Shown here: positions 1 through 11,850 of the stretch, one piece after another
Position numbering within the stretch: the first letter of the stretch is position 1
Layout: every line of letters starts with the position of its first letter
Assembly (NCBI RefSeq): GCF_001194135.2
Contig: NC_069005.1
Coordinates: forward strand, 12,374,482 to 12,438,481
DNA length: 64,000 nt
Reading direction: 5' to 3'
DNA from: Octopus bimaculoides
Lineage: Eukaryota
The notes under the pieces: generated by a model
Seen by the model: the letters and a program-made list of their open reading frames with translations, nothing else
What the model was told of the DNA's origin: nothing
Database searches by the model: none
Made by a program: the position numbers and the translations under genes

Positions 1-48
1 ATTTACCTGTATCTCTTCAACTGAAGCCATCGTATCTAATGAAGAAAA

Positions 49-50
<2 letters not shown>

Positions 51-102
<52 letters not shown>
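51..102. repeat. (ATT)n microsatellite
   Basis: Direct: perfect ATT run. Confidence 0.95.
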
Positions 103-103
<1 letters not shown>

Positions 104-469
104 TGAGCTTTTAGGATAATTGGATTTTAGTCACTTGTACCACAATTATACTTAGAGCAGGAACAATGAATGTCTTTCAAATTTGTGCGAAGAAGATGTA
201 TTAACAGAATTTTCTATAATCGCTAGAATCATTAGTTGTAGGTGGGATTACATTGGAAGGAGTGCTTTATTCGTTTTGGTAATATGTGAAGTACATTGGT
301 TTTGCTGTGCTTCATTTCTATCAGAGAAGATATCAACAGCTCTAGGGTTCTGTAAGAAAACGTAATGGAGAAATAGAACAGTCCAAAGCTTAATGGAGAA
401 GAAAACATTATTCTTACAATAATAAACATCTTGTAAACATATTGTTCTTAATAAAAACTCTTTTGCTTC

Positions 470-1235
470 AGTATGTTTTTACTGCAGCTGTAGGTGAACC
501 AATGAATTTTCTAGATAAAATTCGTAAATGATACAAAACAAGGTTGTGATTTAGATCCATTATTATTGTGTTATTGCTTGCAGTAATGCGAGATTGTGCA
601 TTTTCTGATGTAGAAGATGGAGTGTTTCTTGATTATAGGGCAATAAGAGGCATCTTCACCCGACAGCATTTCAAAGCAAGGACGAAAATTGCATCTCAGA
701 CGATAAGAGAGTTATTGTTTTGCAGGTGAGTTTGCCCTCGTTGCTGATACGCTCGAAAACATCCAGGATATTGTTAGATTTGCACCAACAGCCAGATTTT
801 TTGTCTTAACTATCACATATAAAAAAAGGCTGAACATTTGTATCAGCCACATCCTGGTAACAATCTAGGAATCTTGCCCAGCGTGTAAGCAAAGTTCTGA
901 AAACCGTTGATGCTCTCATATATTCTGGTTCTACAGTAACAATCGATGCTAAACTCGATAGAGAGGTGTAAACTTATATTGGAAAGACCAGTAAAGCTTT
1001 TGGGAAGCTATATGGTTAACTTTGGAATGCCCACTATATCTCAAAAAGGTAAAGAAAAACAAAGAAAACAAGACGAGTATATATAAGTTGTCCCGAGACT
1101 CTTTCATATGTAAAAAGGACCTGGTCACCTTATCGTGGACACATCAGTCTGCTGAACAGCTTTCATGTAAAGCTGGGTGGGATGATAGAGTGAAGAACAA
1201 CACTATCTTGGAAAATTGTGGAAAACATGATAATA
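470..1235 (+). mobile_element. Degenerate RTE-clade LINE, reverse-transcriptase region and downstream part
   Basis: Manual translation across frameshifts gives KQGCDLDPLL (536 onward), DGVFLDYRA..FKARTKI..TIRELLF-AGEFALVA (decayed LLFADD), YSGSTVTIDAKLDREV..IGKTSKAFGKL, TWSPYRGHISLLNSFH and WDDRVKNNTILE, collinear with the RTE/BovB ORF as I recall it. Confidence 0.85.
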
Positions 1236-1239
1236 ATCT

Positions 1240-1652
1240 TTTTCTACTATGGGCAGACGTTTGGAATTTTGTGGAGAGAGATTACTCGATTACATCGTTC
1301 TCAGTACTTATTTTTCGGCCGCGAAAGGTTAAAAGGCGAAGTGGAACTCGGTGGCATTTGATTTCAAAACGTAAAGACCAGGTCGACGTGACGCCAAGTA
1401 ATTTCTCCAGCGCGATAACGGTTCTACCAATTAACTGCCACCCGAATAATCTTTCCTGCTAGAGGCACAAGACCTGAAATTTGTTGGGAATGGATTACTC
1501 GGTTAAAACAACGTTCACCTGGTACATGTTTTATCTATTCTGAATGCATGAAAGCGAAGCCGACCTCGGTGGAACTTGAATTCAAAACGTAGAGACGTAC
1601 GAAATGCCGTTAAGCATTTATTTCAACCACCATGATAACTGTTATGCCAGCT

Positions 1653-1704
<52 letters not shown>

Positions 1705-1912
1705 TTTTATACTTTAGGCACACGGCCCGAAATTTTGAGGGAGGGGCCAGTCGATTAGATCGACCCCAGTATGCAACTGGTACTTAATTTATCGAACCCG
1801 AAAGGATGAATGGCAAAGTCGACCTGGGTAGAATTTGAACTCAGAACGTAAAGACAGACGAAATACCGCTAAGCATTTCGCCCGGCTTGGTAACGTTTCT
1901 GTCAGCTCGACT
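1240..1912 (-). mobile_element. Three head-to-tail copies of tRNA-derived SINE family A (about 1240-1445, 1450-1655, 1705-1912) separated by (AAT)n
   Basis: Reverse complements of the family-A core GGTCGACTTTGCCTTTCATCCTTTCGGGGTCGATAAA and of the GAGTTCAAAT B-box. Confidence 0.85.
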
Positions 1913-1967
1913 TATAATAATAATAATAAGGANNNNNNNNNNTCGACTTATAATAATAATAATAAGG

Positions 1968-2044
<77 letters not shown>
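1968..2044. repeat. (AAT)n microsatellite
   Basis: Direct; source of the poly-N and poly-I ORFs. Confidence 0.95.
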
Positions 2045-2591
2045 ACTAGCGCTGAAGATGAGTAGGATAATAACATTTCACATTGTTATCTTGACAATTT
2101 GGCCAAATGACACTACAAAGTGGTTAGGCAACACTGCTGTTTTGCCCATTTATAAACTGAAGTGAGTTAAAGGTCTAAAAAAATTGAAGTAATATGTAAA
2201 AGCTGTATACGATGGTAGGGAAAAACATAAATTGGAATCTTCACATTTCCGCTCATTGTTCTGAGGTAGAGCAAGAGACATTTGATAAGAAGTGAATTTG
2301 TTAACCAACAGAGTGTATGATTCTTCACCATCGACATATACGAAATTAAGTTGCGAAACTATTGTATTATTGGTTTTAGATTGGTGCGAAGATTGGTGAA
2401 GCATTCTAATGAAATTGAACACTTTGGCAATTCTGAGCTTCCGGGGAAAGAAGTTTTCCTTAGTATAAATTCTACGAAGTGAGATATCCTCCATTTTGTG
2501 TTTAATCAGACAGCGCCATTTCGTTTTAACATTTCTCATATGTTACATCTCTAACGCAATTACTGAAAACCACTAAACTATGCGCAAGTTT

Positions 2592-2682
<91 letters not shown>

Positions 2683-3552
2683 CATATATGTCTGTTTGTG
2701 GATTCGACAATGGGTATCTTCACCCCGATCCAAATGCTTACTCATATGGTTTCGTTGCATCTGTTTCTCATTTACCAATTACGTTTACACTGGCTTGACT
2801 TTTGTAACATAATATGCATCTCGAAGCTTTCTAAAACTTTAATACGTGTATTTCACCTGTTTCCATTTACTGCAGATATTTTACCTCTCAAATAAGCATA
2901 AACCTCTATAAATATGACAAATCCTACCATTTAACGATGTCAACCCAAAACGTATATTCTACACTTGAGCATAAACATTCAACTTAGACACAAGCACCAC
3001 AAACTAAACATAAAACATTAGCTAAACTTGTTACAGACCCGCTTGACGTCAAATTACGCCTAAAAGTTTCAAATATTTTTGTCCAAATCTAATTTATATT
3101 TTTTATTACTATGTGGCACTACCTCGGCTGTATGTTTTTACTTCTCTAATTAATCTTGCGAAAGGGATTACAAATGTGGTCAACAAAAACCGATAACGTC
3201 GTTGCCTTTCAGGTTGCGTTTAAACCTGGGGTCGGCGACATTCTCATATCATTGGCCCTAGGTGGAATCGTTGATGATTTAACGACTCTGTCATGTAAAC
3301 TTCTAAAATAAAATTAAAATGTGCAATTAGTGAAAAATTTCTTGCTTTAAAAGCAATTATTTCTTCGATTCTTTTGTCATTACAGTTTTTTAATAAGAAA
3401 TATTTTTAAAACATTTAATGAAGATATTTAATGAATTTGATAGGAAGACAATCATGAAAAATCCAGTCATATATTAATAACGACGGAAAATTTAATGTGA
3501 AATACGTGCTTGCTGAGCAATGTTTATTGCATCAATATTTGGCTTCAAATTA

Positions 3553-4190
3553 AGCAGCGAACTGGCGGAAGCAGTACCAGGCCGGTCAAAATGCTTACCA
3601 CCATTTCATCCGTCTTTACGCTCTGAATTCCAATTCCGCCGAGGTCGACTTTACCTTTCGGTGTTGATAAATTAAGTACCAGCGAGCGTTGGTGTCAATG
3701 TAATAGACCTACCCTTTCCACCGGATTTGTCGGCCTAATTTAGGCACCCCTTGATAATAATAGTTTCTAAAATAGGCACAAGGTCAATTTTGAGGGAGAG
3801 GGTGTTAGTCGAGAAGATGAATCCTAATACTAGACGGCGCAGTTTGAAATAAGAAAATAAAGATTTGGGACATTTGCCGCACAGCATTTTATTCCCCAAC
3901 AGAATTGTAACTCAGAACTCAGAAATATCACTCAGCATTCTTTTCTACGGCGTGCTAACGATACTGCCTGCATACCTTAGCCACCGTTACTATTATTATT
4001 GAGAAACTATTGTTACTTAAATAGAATGAAAGAATCGTTTTAGCGTCGGAATAACTGGCTTATGGTATGTTTTCCGGCTCTTTAGATTCTGAGTTCAAAA
4101 TCTACCGCATGTCAAGCTTCAGAAGTCGATAAAGTAAAGTATTAGTCAAGAACTGGAATCGATCATATTCACTAGAGTTCCTCGTTGCTG
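3553..4190. mobile_element. SINE family A copies: + (3553-3745), - (3763-3985), degenerate + (about 4030-4190)
   Basis: Family-A head and core motifs in the stated orientations. Confidence 0.75.
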
Positions 4191-4294
4191 GACTTCAGTT
4201 ACTCAAGTACTAGCATTGATAGCATCGCCTACTAACTATTTTTAAAATTGCTAATATTCAGCATAAATGAGAAACCATAATCATTATACTTATT

Positions 4295-5825
4295 AAGGCG
4301 ACGAGATGGCAGAATCGTTAGCACATCGGGCGAAATGCTGGGTGGTATTTCGTCTGCTACTATGTTCTGAGCTCAAAATTCCGCCGAGGTCGACTTTGCC
4401 TTTCATCCTTTCAGGGTTGATAAATTAAGTACCAGTTGAGCACTGGGGTCGATGTAATCGACTATCCCCATCCCCCCAAATTTCAAGCCTTGTGCGTATA
4501 GAAGAAAGGGTTATTATTATACTTATTCAGGCGACCAGCTGGCGGAACCATTAGCACACCGGGAAAAGTACTTAGTGGCATCTCGTTCATTTGCACATTC
4601 AGAGTTCAAATTTCGCACAGGTCGACTTTGCCTGTCATCCTTTCGGAGTCGATAATGTAAGTATAAGTTACGTACCGACCTCGATCTAATCAACTGGCAC
4701 CCATCCCCCACAATTTCGGGCCTTGTATTTAGAGTAGAAAAGAATCGTTACCATATCTAATGGTATTGTTTCCAACATTACATTAAGAGTTCGAATTCCA
4801 CCGCTGTCTACTTTAAATTTCATCCATTCGCCATTCGGGTTGGTAAAATAAGTAGTAGGTGAGCACTGGCTTCGACGTACCAAACATTTCTTACCGTGAG
4901 CCAAAGTTTGACATTCTTACTATTATACATATTATTAAGACGGCGCACTGGCAAAATTGTTAGCCCGCTAAACAAAATGTATAGCGGCATTTCGTTCGTC
5001 TGAATTAAAATTCCACCCAGGTCGGCTTTGCCTTTCATCTTTTCGGGATCGATGTAAAATGTACCTGTAGATCGCTGGGGGAGATGTAATTAACTAGTCC
5101 CTCTTTACCAAAATTTCAGGCCTTGTACCTATGGTACAAATGACAATAATTATACTTATTAGAGCGGCCAGCTTGCAGAATCGTTAGCACGCTGAGAAAA
5201 ATGCTTAGCGGCATTTACGTTCTGGGTTCAAATTCCGCCGAGGTCGACTTTGTCTTTCATCCTTTCGGAGTCGATAATTAAAGCACCAGTCGTAATATAA
5301 GCCCCAGTAGAAGCAATCGACTAGTCCCTTCCCCCGAGATTGCTGGCCTTGTGCTAAAATTTGAAATCATTAATATCATCATTATTATCTAGGCGTTGAG
5401 CTGGCAGTATTGTAACACGCCGGACTGAATAATTAGTAGCATTTCTACCGGCATTATGTTCTGAGCTCAAATTCCACTGAGGTCGACTTTATATTCCATC
5501 CTTTCAGGGTGGATGAAATAAGTACTAGTTGAGTACTGGGGTCCTTGTAATCGACCTACCAACCATCTTGAATTTTCTGGTCTTGTGCCGATCGTAGAAA
5601 GAATTATTTTTACACTTAAGACGGTCAGTTGGAAGAATCGTTATCATAGCGGCATTTTTTCCGGAGCTTTACGCTCTGAGTTAAAATTCAACTCAGTTCA
5701 TTTTTGCCTTTTATCACTTCGGAATAGATAAAATAAAATATCACTCAAATACTCAGCTCAATGTAATTGATTTCCTTCTATCCCTCAAAATTGTTGGTCT
5801 TACGCCAAAAATTAAGAGAATTATT
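4295..5825 (+). mobile_element. Head-to-tail array of seven SINE family A copies
   Basis: Copies start near 4295, 4528, 4745, 4937, 5162, 5390 and 5618. Each has the tRNA-like head, the GGTCGACTTT..TCATCCTTTCGG core and a GGCCTTGTG tail, joined by ATTATT/ATACTT linkers. Confidence 0.9.
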
Positions 5826-6128
5826 ATTGTACTTATTGATGAATAAGTTAAATCAATATTTATAATCGATTAGTTGTCTCCAGAGAGAATGTTTTTGTGT
5901 GAGACGTGTAGAGAAAAATTGATTACATGAAGTGCAATATATATATTTGTCTGTTAGTTTATTAATATGCGAAGGAAATGAAAAGACATTCAGTCCCGAT
6001 AGTAGTTAAACGCAGATGTTAGAAACACAGCGTTTATATGAGAGATAAATTGTTCACTGATTAAGTAAGAACTTCCTCTTCTACTTTTTTGTTTTGTAAT
6101 TAGACACACATGCATGTATTATGTACAT

Positions 6129-6159
<31 letters not shown>

Positions 6160-6164
6160 AACAC

Positions 6165-6206
<42 letters not shown>

Positions 6207-6655
6207 ACATACGTACATATGTGTNNNNNNNNNNNNNNNNNNNNNNNNNNNNNNNNNNNNNNNNNNNNNNNNNNNNNNNNNNNNNNNNNNNNNNNNNNNN
6301 NNNNNNNNNNNNNNNNNNNNNNNNNNNNNNNNNNNNNNNNNNNNNNNNNNNNNNNNNNNNNNNNNNNNNNNNNNATATATATATATATATATATATGTGT
6401 GTGTATGTAAATATATACGTGCGTATATGTGTGGGGGTGTGGGGGTGGGGGTGTGTATATGAAAACAATAAAGAAATGATATACAGAGCTGTTACTATCT
6501 AACATGCTCTTATGTAATATATGCACTCAGTCACTTGTAATAAATTGTCATATTTGAACTATGTATTCTCACCAAAACAATGCATTTGTTTCAGACATGT
6601 TTGAGATACTAGTGAAAAAGAAATATGTTTACTGGTACGAACATGGTTATGAAGT

Positions 6656-7015
6656 AAGGCGGTGAGCTGGCAGAATCGTTAGCACGCCGGGCAAAATGTT
6701 TAGCGATATTTCGTCTGCCGCTATATTTTGAGTTCAAATTCCGCCGAGGTTGACTTTGCCTTTCACCCTTTCGTGGTCGATAAATTATGTACCAGTTACG
6801 CACTGGGGTTGATGTAATCAACTTAATCCCTTTGTCTATCCTTGTTTGTCTCCTCTATGTTTAGCCCCTTGTAGGGGGTTAAACATAGAGGTCAACTTTG
6901 CCTTTCATACTTTCGGGGTCGATAAATTAAGTACCAGTTGTGTACTGGTTCTATCTAATCACCTGGCTCCCTCCCCCCAGATTCCGGGCCTTGTGTCTAG
7001 AGTAGAAAAGAACAT
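6656..7015 (+). mobile_element. Young SINE family A copy with the alternative 3' tail (6656-6880), followed by a 5'-truncated copy with the standard tail
   Basis: Near-identical to the copy at 57179-57416; tail TTAATCCCTTTGTC..TTTAGCCCCTTGT. Confidence 0.9.
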
Positions 7016-7084
7016 GACTATGAAGCTCAATAGCTTACTTTCCAATTACATGGTTCTGTGTTCGAACCCACTGGTGTTTTATCT

Positions 7085-7315
7085 TAGATTTCTAGGGTGT
7101 GTCGTTTCTTCTGTATCCTCAGATCGGCAAAATTGTAAGGACTGGAGTTAGTAATATTCGTATGCAGTGACTAATACATTACCTTTCCATCGAATTTGCG
7201 TAGATTTAGCTTGTTGCTTCGTTTGGTATGACTCTCTCGCAGTTAAATATCTTTCAACACTTTGTCGATTAATAAGTTCGCTTTGCATCATGTTTAATTT
7301 TGCACCAACGGACTA
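7085..7315 (-). mobile_element. Probable Penelope-like element 3' remnant (end of GIY-YIG ORF plus hammerhead-like core)
   Basis: Open frame 7312-7148 on the - strand: SVGAKLNMMQSELINRQSVERYLTARESYQTKQQAKSTQIRWKGNVLVTAYEYY*, resembling the PLE C-terminal R..RES..I....LN...G..L...Y pattern. CTGAGGA-N7-GAAAC follows ~25 nt downstream. Confidence 0.45.
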
Positions 7316-7351
7316 ATTTCGTTATAAGGTATGCAGCTTTTGAACAACATA

Positions 7352-7975
7352 TAGGAAGAAGCTTGCTTCCCGACCACATGGTTTTAGGTTCAGTACCATT
7401 GTGTGGCGCCTTGGGTAAGTGTCTTCTACTGTAGCCTCAGACCCACCAAAGCTTTGTGAGTGGATCTGGTGGACGGAAGCTGAGAATAGCCCGTCATATA
7501 TATACGAGGGAGTGTTGAAAAGTGCCTGGTTTAAACAATATCGCGAAAGGCCTGATTGGAGGTCCAAAATTCCGAGTTCTTTTACAAGGTTTAGAAAACT
7601 GGAGGATTGCTGCAATAAGTGTGTGAATCTGAGAGGTGAATATCTTGAACAAAATCATAATTACCAGATTCTCCTGCATTTTATTTTACCCAAAGCTAAG
7701 ATCTTTTCAGCACACTCTTGTATGTGTATATGTATATCTACGTCTGTGAATCTTTGTGTCTGTGTGTTCCCCCCACCCACTACTACTTGACAACTGGTGT
7801 TGGTGGGTTTTCGCCCCCATAATTTATGGGTACGGCAAAAGAGACTGATTGGATAAGTAAATAGGCTTAGAAAGATTAAGTACTGGGGCCGATTTATTCG
7901 ACTAATATTTTTTCAAGCAGTGCCCCAGTCTGGCCGCAATCTAATGACTGAAACAATGTACAAAGAGACAAATGA
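7352..7975 (+). mobile_element. SINE family B (tRNA head, CORE-like GGCGCCTTGGGTAAGTGTCTT, internal microsatellite, 3' domain), interrupted by a mariner MITE
   Basis: Matches the uninterrupted copy at 24565-25050. Confidence 0.85.
7505..7720 (+). mobile_element. 216-bp mariner-derived MITE
   Basis: Degenerate ~28-bp TIRs (CGAGGGAGTGTTGAAAAG.. / ..CTTTTCAGCACACTCTTG), TA on both sides (7503-04, 7721-22), and internal RKLEDCCNKCVNLRGEYLEQ matching a mariner transposase C-terminus. Confidence 0.8.
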
Positions 7976-8076
7976 GATGTTCTATTTCACTGAATAAACT
8001 ACTACATTGATTTATGGCATGTCTATCATCAATGTTCTCTGCGATAGAAAACTTTTATTATTAATATTGTGTAGTG

Positions 8077-8610
8077 CAAGGCGGTGACCCGGCAGAACCT
8101 TTAAACGCCTGACAAAATGCTTCGTGGTATTTCGTCCGTCTTTACATTCTGAGTTCAAATTCCAAAGAGGTCAATTTTGCCTTCTATTTTATTCGATAGT
8201 TAATAAAATAAGTACCAGTCAAGTACTGAGGTTGATGTAATCGACTTGCTCCTCCCCTCAAAAGCTAATGGTCCCATACCAAAATTTGAGACCATATTTA
8301 CTCTGTACTGAGCAGGTCACCGATGATACACATGTTAAAATGTATTAAAATGTCAATTATACCTCCATTAATGTATGGTTTATATTTACTGATGATGTTT
8401 TTCAGTAGATTATATTTGAGATTGTATTACATAAGGCATAACGGGGCGGTGAGCTGGCAGAATGGTGTTACCTTCTGAGTAACCGACGTTGACTTTCATC
8501 CTTTCGGGGGTCGATTGAATAAGTACCAGTCGAGTACTGGGGTGGATATAATCGAGTTAACTCCTCACACAAACGTTCAGGCTTTGTGCCTATAGTAGAA
8601 AGGATTATAT
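8077..8610 (+). mobile_element. Two SINE family A copies (8077-8300 and 8445-8610)
   Basis: Family-A head, core and tail motifs. Confidence 0.8.
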
Positions 8611-8807
8611 AAGGCATAACGAATTGTTTTTATAAAAATGATTTTATGGAGGACATCACTACAATAATGGAGATAACAGTAACTTGCACGCTTTATATCA
8701 GGTTGTCTCAAATTTTATTGACTCAAACGAAAACAAAAAACGCCTGAGAAATACAAAGAAATATGTGTTCTATACATATCCTAAAAGTCGAACGACCTGG
8801 TTTGAAA

Positions 8808-9085
8808 ATCGCATGGCTCAGTGGTTAAAGCATAGGGATCCCAATTATGAGGCAGTGAGTTCGATTTCCAGACCGGGCTGTGTTGTATTCTTGAGCAAGA
8901 CACTTTATTTCACGCTGCTCGTGTTCACTCAGCTGAAGAAATGAGCTACGAAGTCACCGATTCCAAGCTTTATCAGCCTTTGCTTTTCTCTTGGATAAAT
9001 AACGTTGCTCGGAATTGTGCCTTGGAGGGGAACTTTCTAGGTGCAATCCCCTGGTCATTCATGAACGAAGGGTGTCTTTTTGTAA
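8808..9085 (+). mobile_element. tRNA-derived CORE-like SINE family C
   Basis: A box TGGCTCAGTGG, B box GAGTTCGATT and CORE-like TTCTTGAGCAAGACACTT. A related copy lies at about 11635-11850. Confidence 0.75.
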
Positions 9086-10074
9086 GGGCTCCATATAAAA
9101 AGAAACATTCTCATTGAGTCACCAGTGACTCCCATGGTGTATAAAAAATATTGCGGGGAGAGTCACCAAAGAGTCACTTGATTAATTGGAAGGCGCATTG
9201 TAGCGGTATTATCAGTTAAATAGTGGTTTCTATGCTTCTTTTTACAAGTTTGAATTCATTGAAAAGTTTCGAGGGTACTGCTGTAAATAAGGAAAAGGGA
9301 AGAGACATTTCAAGAACATTTCAAGCAAGCTAGGCCAGTTGTTTGTATGTATATTACTCCTGGTGATCAACTACATTCCGATAGAACATGTAGGAATTAT
9401 TGGTTTAAGTAATTTTCTTTTATTGTATCATAAACACTGAAAAAGAATTTATCCGTATTCCCTTCTTAACACAGGAAGGACGTCTGGAAAATGGCAAGTC
9501 CGAGGGGAAAGATAAAGATATTAAGACAAAAGTGCTTCAGTTTCGGAGTCCAAAGATGTTAACTTAACAATGCTGAAATATTCTGGTCCAGAATAAAAAA
9601 AGTATTGCTGTTATTATATATAATGGCACATATTTTGCAAAAATTTTACAAGTGTCATTATCAAAATAATAGGATATACACAGAATCGATTCGACAGATA
9701 TACCTGATTTGATTCTTATTAGTTCAATGATTTTCGTTTGGGTGTTGGATTTTAAGACGCTTCTTCTAAACTAATTTCAAATTCATTTTCACGTGTCACA
9801 TCTTTAAGCATAATCCTACAAGAAATATTGCTCATATATCATACTTTAATCGTCTGTCTTGTTATCTCTAACATATGGTGTGGAAAACACGTTGCCTCCG
9901 CCTCATTTCTGGATTATCAAGGCAATCCTTTTACCTTTTACCCTCCTTGAGCCAATTATTTATGTGTAAGCAGATAAACAAAAACATTAAATATAGTTTC
10001 TTGAGTTTCGAAAATTAGTGACACATTAGGGGCACATTCATCATCAGACTTACAAGGCCTTCCGTTATGATATA

Positions 10075-10926
10075 CAGGGTGGTCCGAAAGTCTTGTTACC
10101 ACCTACATATTGTTTATTATTGTCACTAATATCATTACACCTGTAGTGATTTGAGCTGGCATATCGAGTAAGGACCTGATAGGACACTATGTCTTTGAGG
10201 GCACTGTTAACCAGCAATCATACTTGGCCATGTTAAGGAAGTGGTTTGTTCCACAGCTCCAGAGGTTGAATGTTGACCTGCATGATTGTTATTTTCTATA
10301 TACATTTCATGCCCATGGGAGAGGTTTATGAAGGTAATCATAATCGATTTCAGACTGGCTTAATGCCAATCCTAGTGTCCATAATGAGAAATTAGATTTT
10401 TTCTCACAAAATTCACCACAAAAATTGTCTGCGTGATCCCTTTGGCTAGATTACTGTCCGTGTTCTGTAAGGATTAAACCCCACTATCCTATCACTGTCC
10501 GGGAATACTTAATGAAGTTTCTCACGATGGATTGATAGCGCGAGGATCGCAACAATTTCCAGTACCTATCGATTGCCCTCCCAGAAGTCCAAATCTCACG
10601 TCTTACTATAACGCTCTGTCAGATATTATCAACGAGAGAGTTTCACATGAACGATACCAGAATACCCATCGATTGGAGGACCCCGTTCGGAGAGCTTTTG
10701 CAACAATCACCAGAGCAGAAATTCGAAAGATATCACAAAGGACATGACACCATATCATTTTGTGCCACGAAAATGATGGTGCTCATGCAGACCTTCTTGA
10801 TGTGTGACAGCGTCAATGAAGGTGAATATAGTGAATCTAGTTCGTGCTTTGGATTACTGCTTTATTTTTCTACTATTGTTCTCATTACTTTTTGGTTGGA
10901 GATAACAAGACTTTCGGATCACCCTG
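10075..10926 (+). mobile_element. Internally deleted Tc1/mariner element (rosa/DD41D- or maT-like), with a 190-bp insertion
   Basis: 24-bp TIRs CAGGGTG(G/A)TCCGAAAGTCTTGTTA with one mismatch; TA at 10073-74 and 10927-28; relic VI*AGISS..IGHYVFEGTVN..YLAML..PHY..VREYL..LIARG..PPRSPNLT. The subfamily is inferred from motif style only. Confidence 0.85.
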
Positions 10927-11634
10927 TACATTTCGGTCGGTCAAACATACCGGAGTACATCTAGATTATTAACGACTTTGCCATGGGTCTCCTACGAGTC
11001 ATGTCTGTATAGTTTAGGGATTCCGTTGTGAGTTAAGTTTACCATCCATAACCAATCCAACTAGGAGGAGTCTACAAAATATGGATCCTACTCTTCCTCA
11101 CACAACTCAGCCCTAAAAAATGAGAATATATTGAAGCATTAGTTCGTATGTGAATAATGAACTATGACTCTCAGTATTTTAAATGCATTCAAACTTACTA
11201 AACGTTAGAGATCTTCTAAAATTTCTGTAGCAAATCGTCACTTTCAATGGATGGCATTTTTACAAATGACCCCTGTTAATGTTCATCGAAAATATTTCAA
11301 TACATTATTTAAATCAAACACCTAATTTTACACGTTTCTAATATATAATCCGACAGTTATGTGAAGTGGTAGCCCTTTATTAGATTTGTATGGAAATTAC
11401 TAAATAAAGTGAAAATTAAGTTATCAAAATATGTTGGGACTCAGTGCACCATCAGTCATGCTTGCATTCACTGATAACACAATGTTCGTTCCGGATTTTC
11501 ATCCCAACATATAGCTTTGAAATCTAAGTATTGAACTAAATTTAACTGTTTTATTTCTAACAAAAATCACGACCCTTGTAAACCCCCTGGAACAAACATA
11601 GTACTTCTATGATATGTGATGCCCAATTCGAGCT

Positions 11635-11850
11635 CGCGGTGAAGACGTGTGGCCCAGAGGTTAGTTTTTCACTCACAATCGCAAGATCTTTGCTTCAATT
11701 CCCAACCGAGCAAAGTAATTTATTTCACATTGCTCCAGTTCACTCAACTGCAAGTAAGTGAACCTGCGAAGGACACTAGTGCACCATGAAAACCGGGTAA
11801 ACGGTTCAATTAGTCCTAGGGCCCAAGACTGTAGTGTTCAAGGGTTGATG
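11635..11850 (+). mobile_element. Degenerate SINE family C copy
   Basis: Shares TTTATTTCACATTGCTCCAGTTCACTCAACTG with 8808-9085 and ends in a (TGA)n tail. Confidence 0.6.

Noticed and set aside
1908-1967. Exact 25-bp duplication flanking a 10-N gap
   Set aside because: Typical unmerged contig overlap. The 10-N spacers at 29033 and 60211 are likewise assembly artefacts.
3213-3311. Possible + exon VAFKPGVGDILISLALGGIVDDLTTLSCKLLK* after TTGCCTTTCAG
   Set aside because: No recognisable homology and no clear partner exon or strong donor; within chance expectation.
9477-9570. Purine-rich frame EGRLENGKSEGKDKDIKTKVLQFRSPKMLT after a good acceptor
   Set aside because: No donor site, and it loosely resembles a CR1-type LINE C-terminus. 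Neither reading is supportable.
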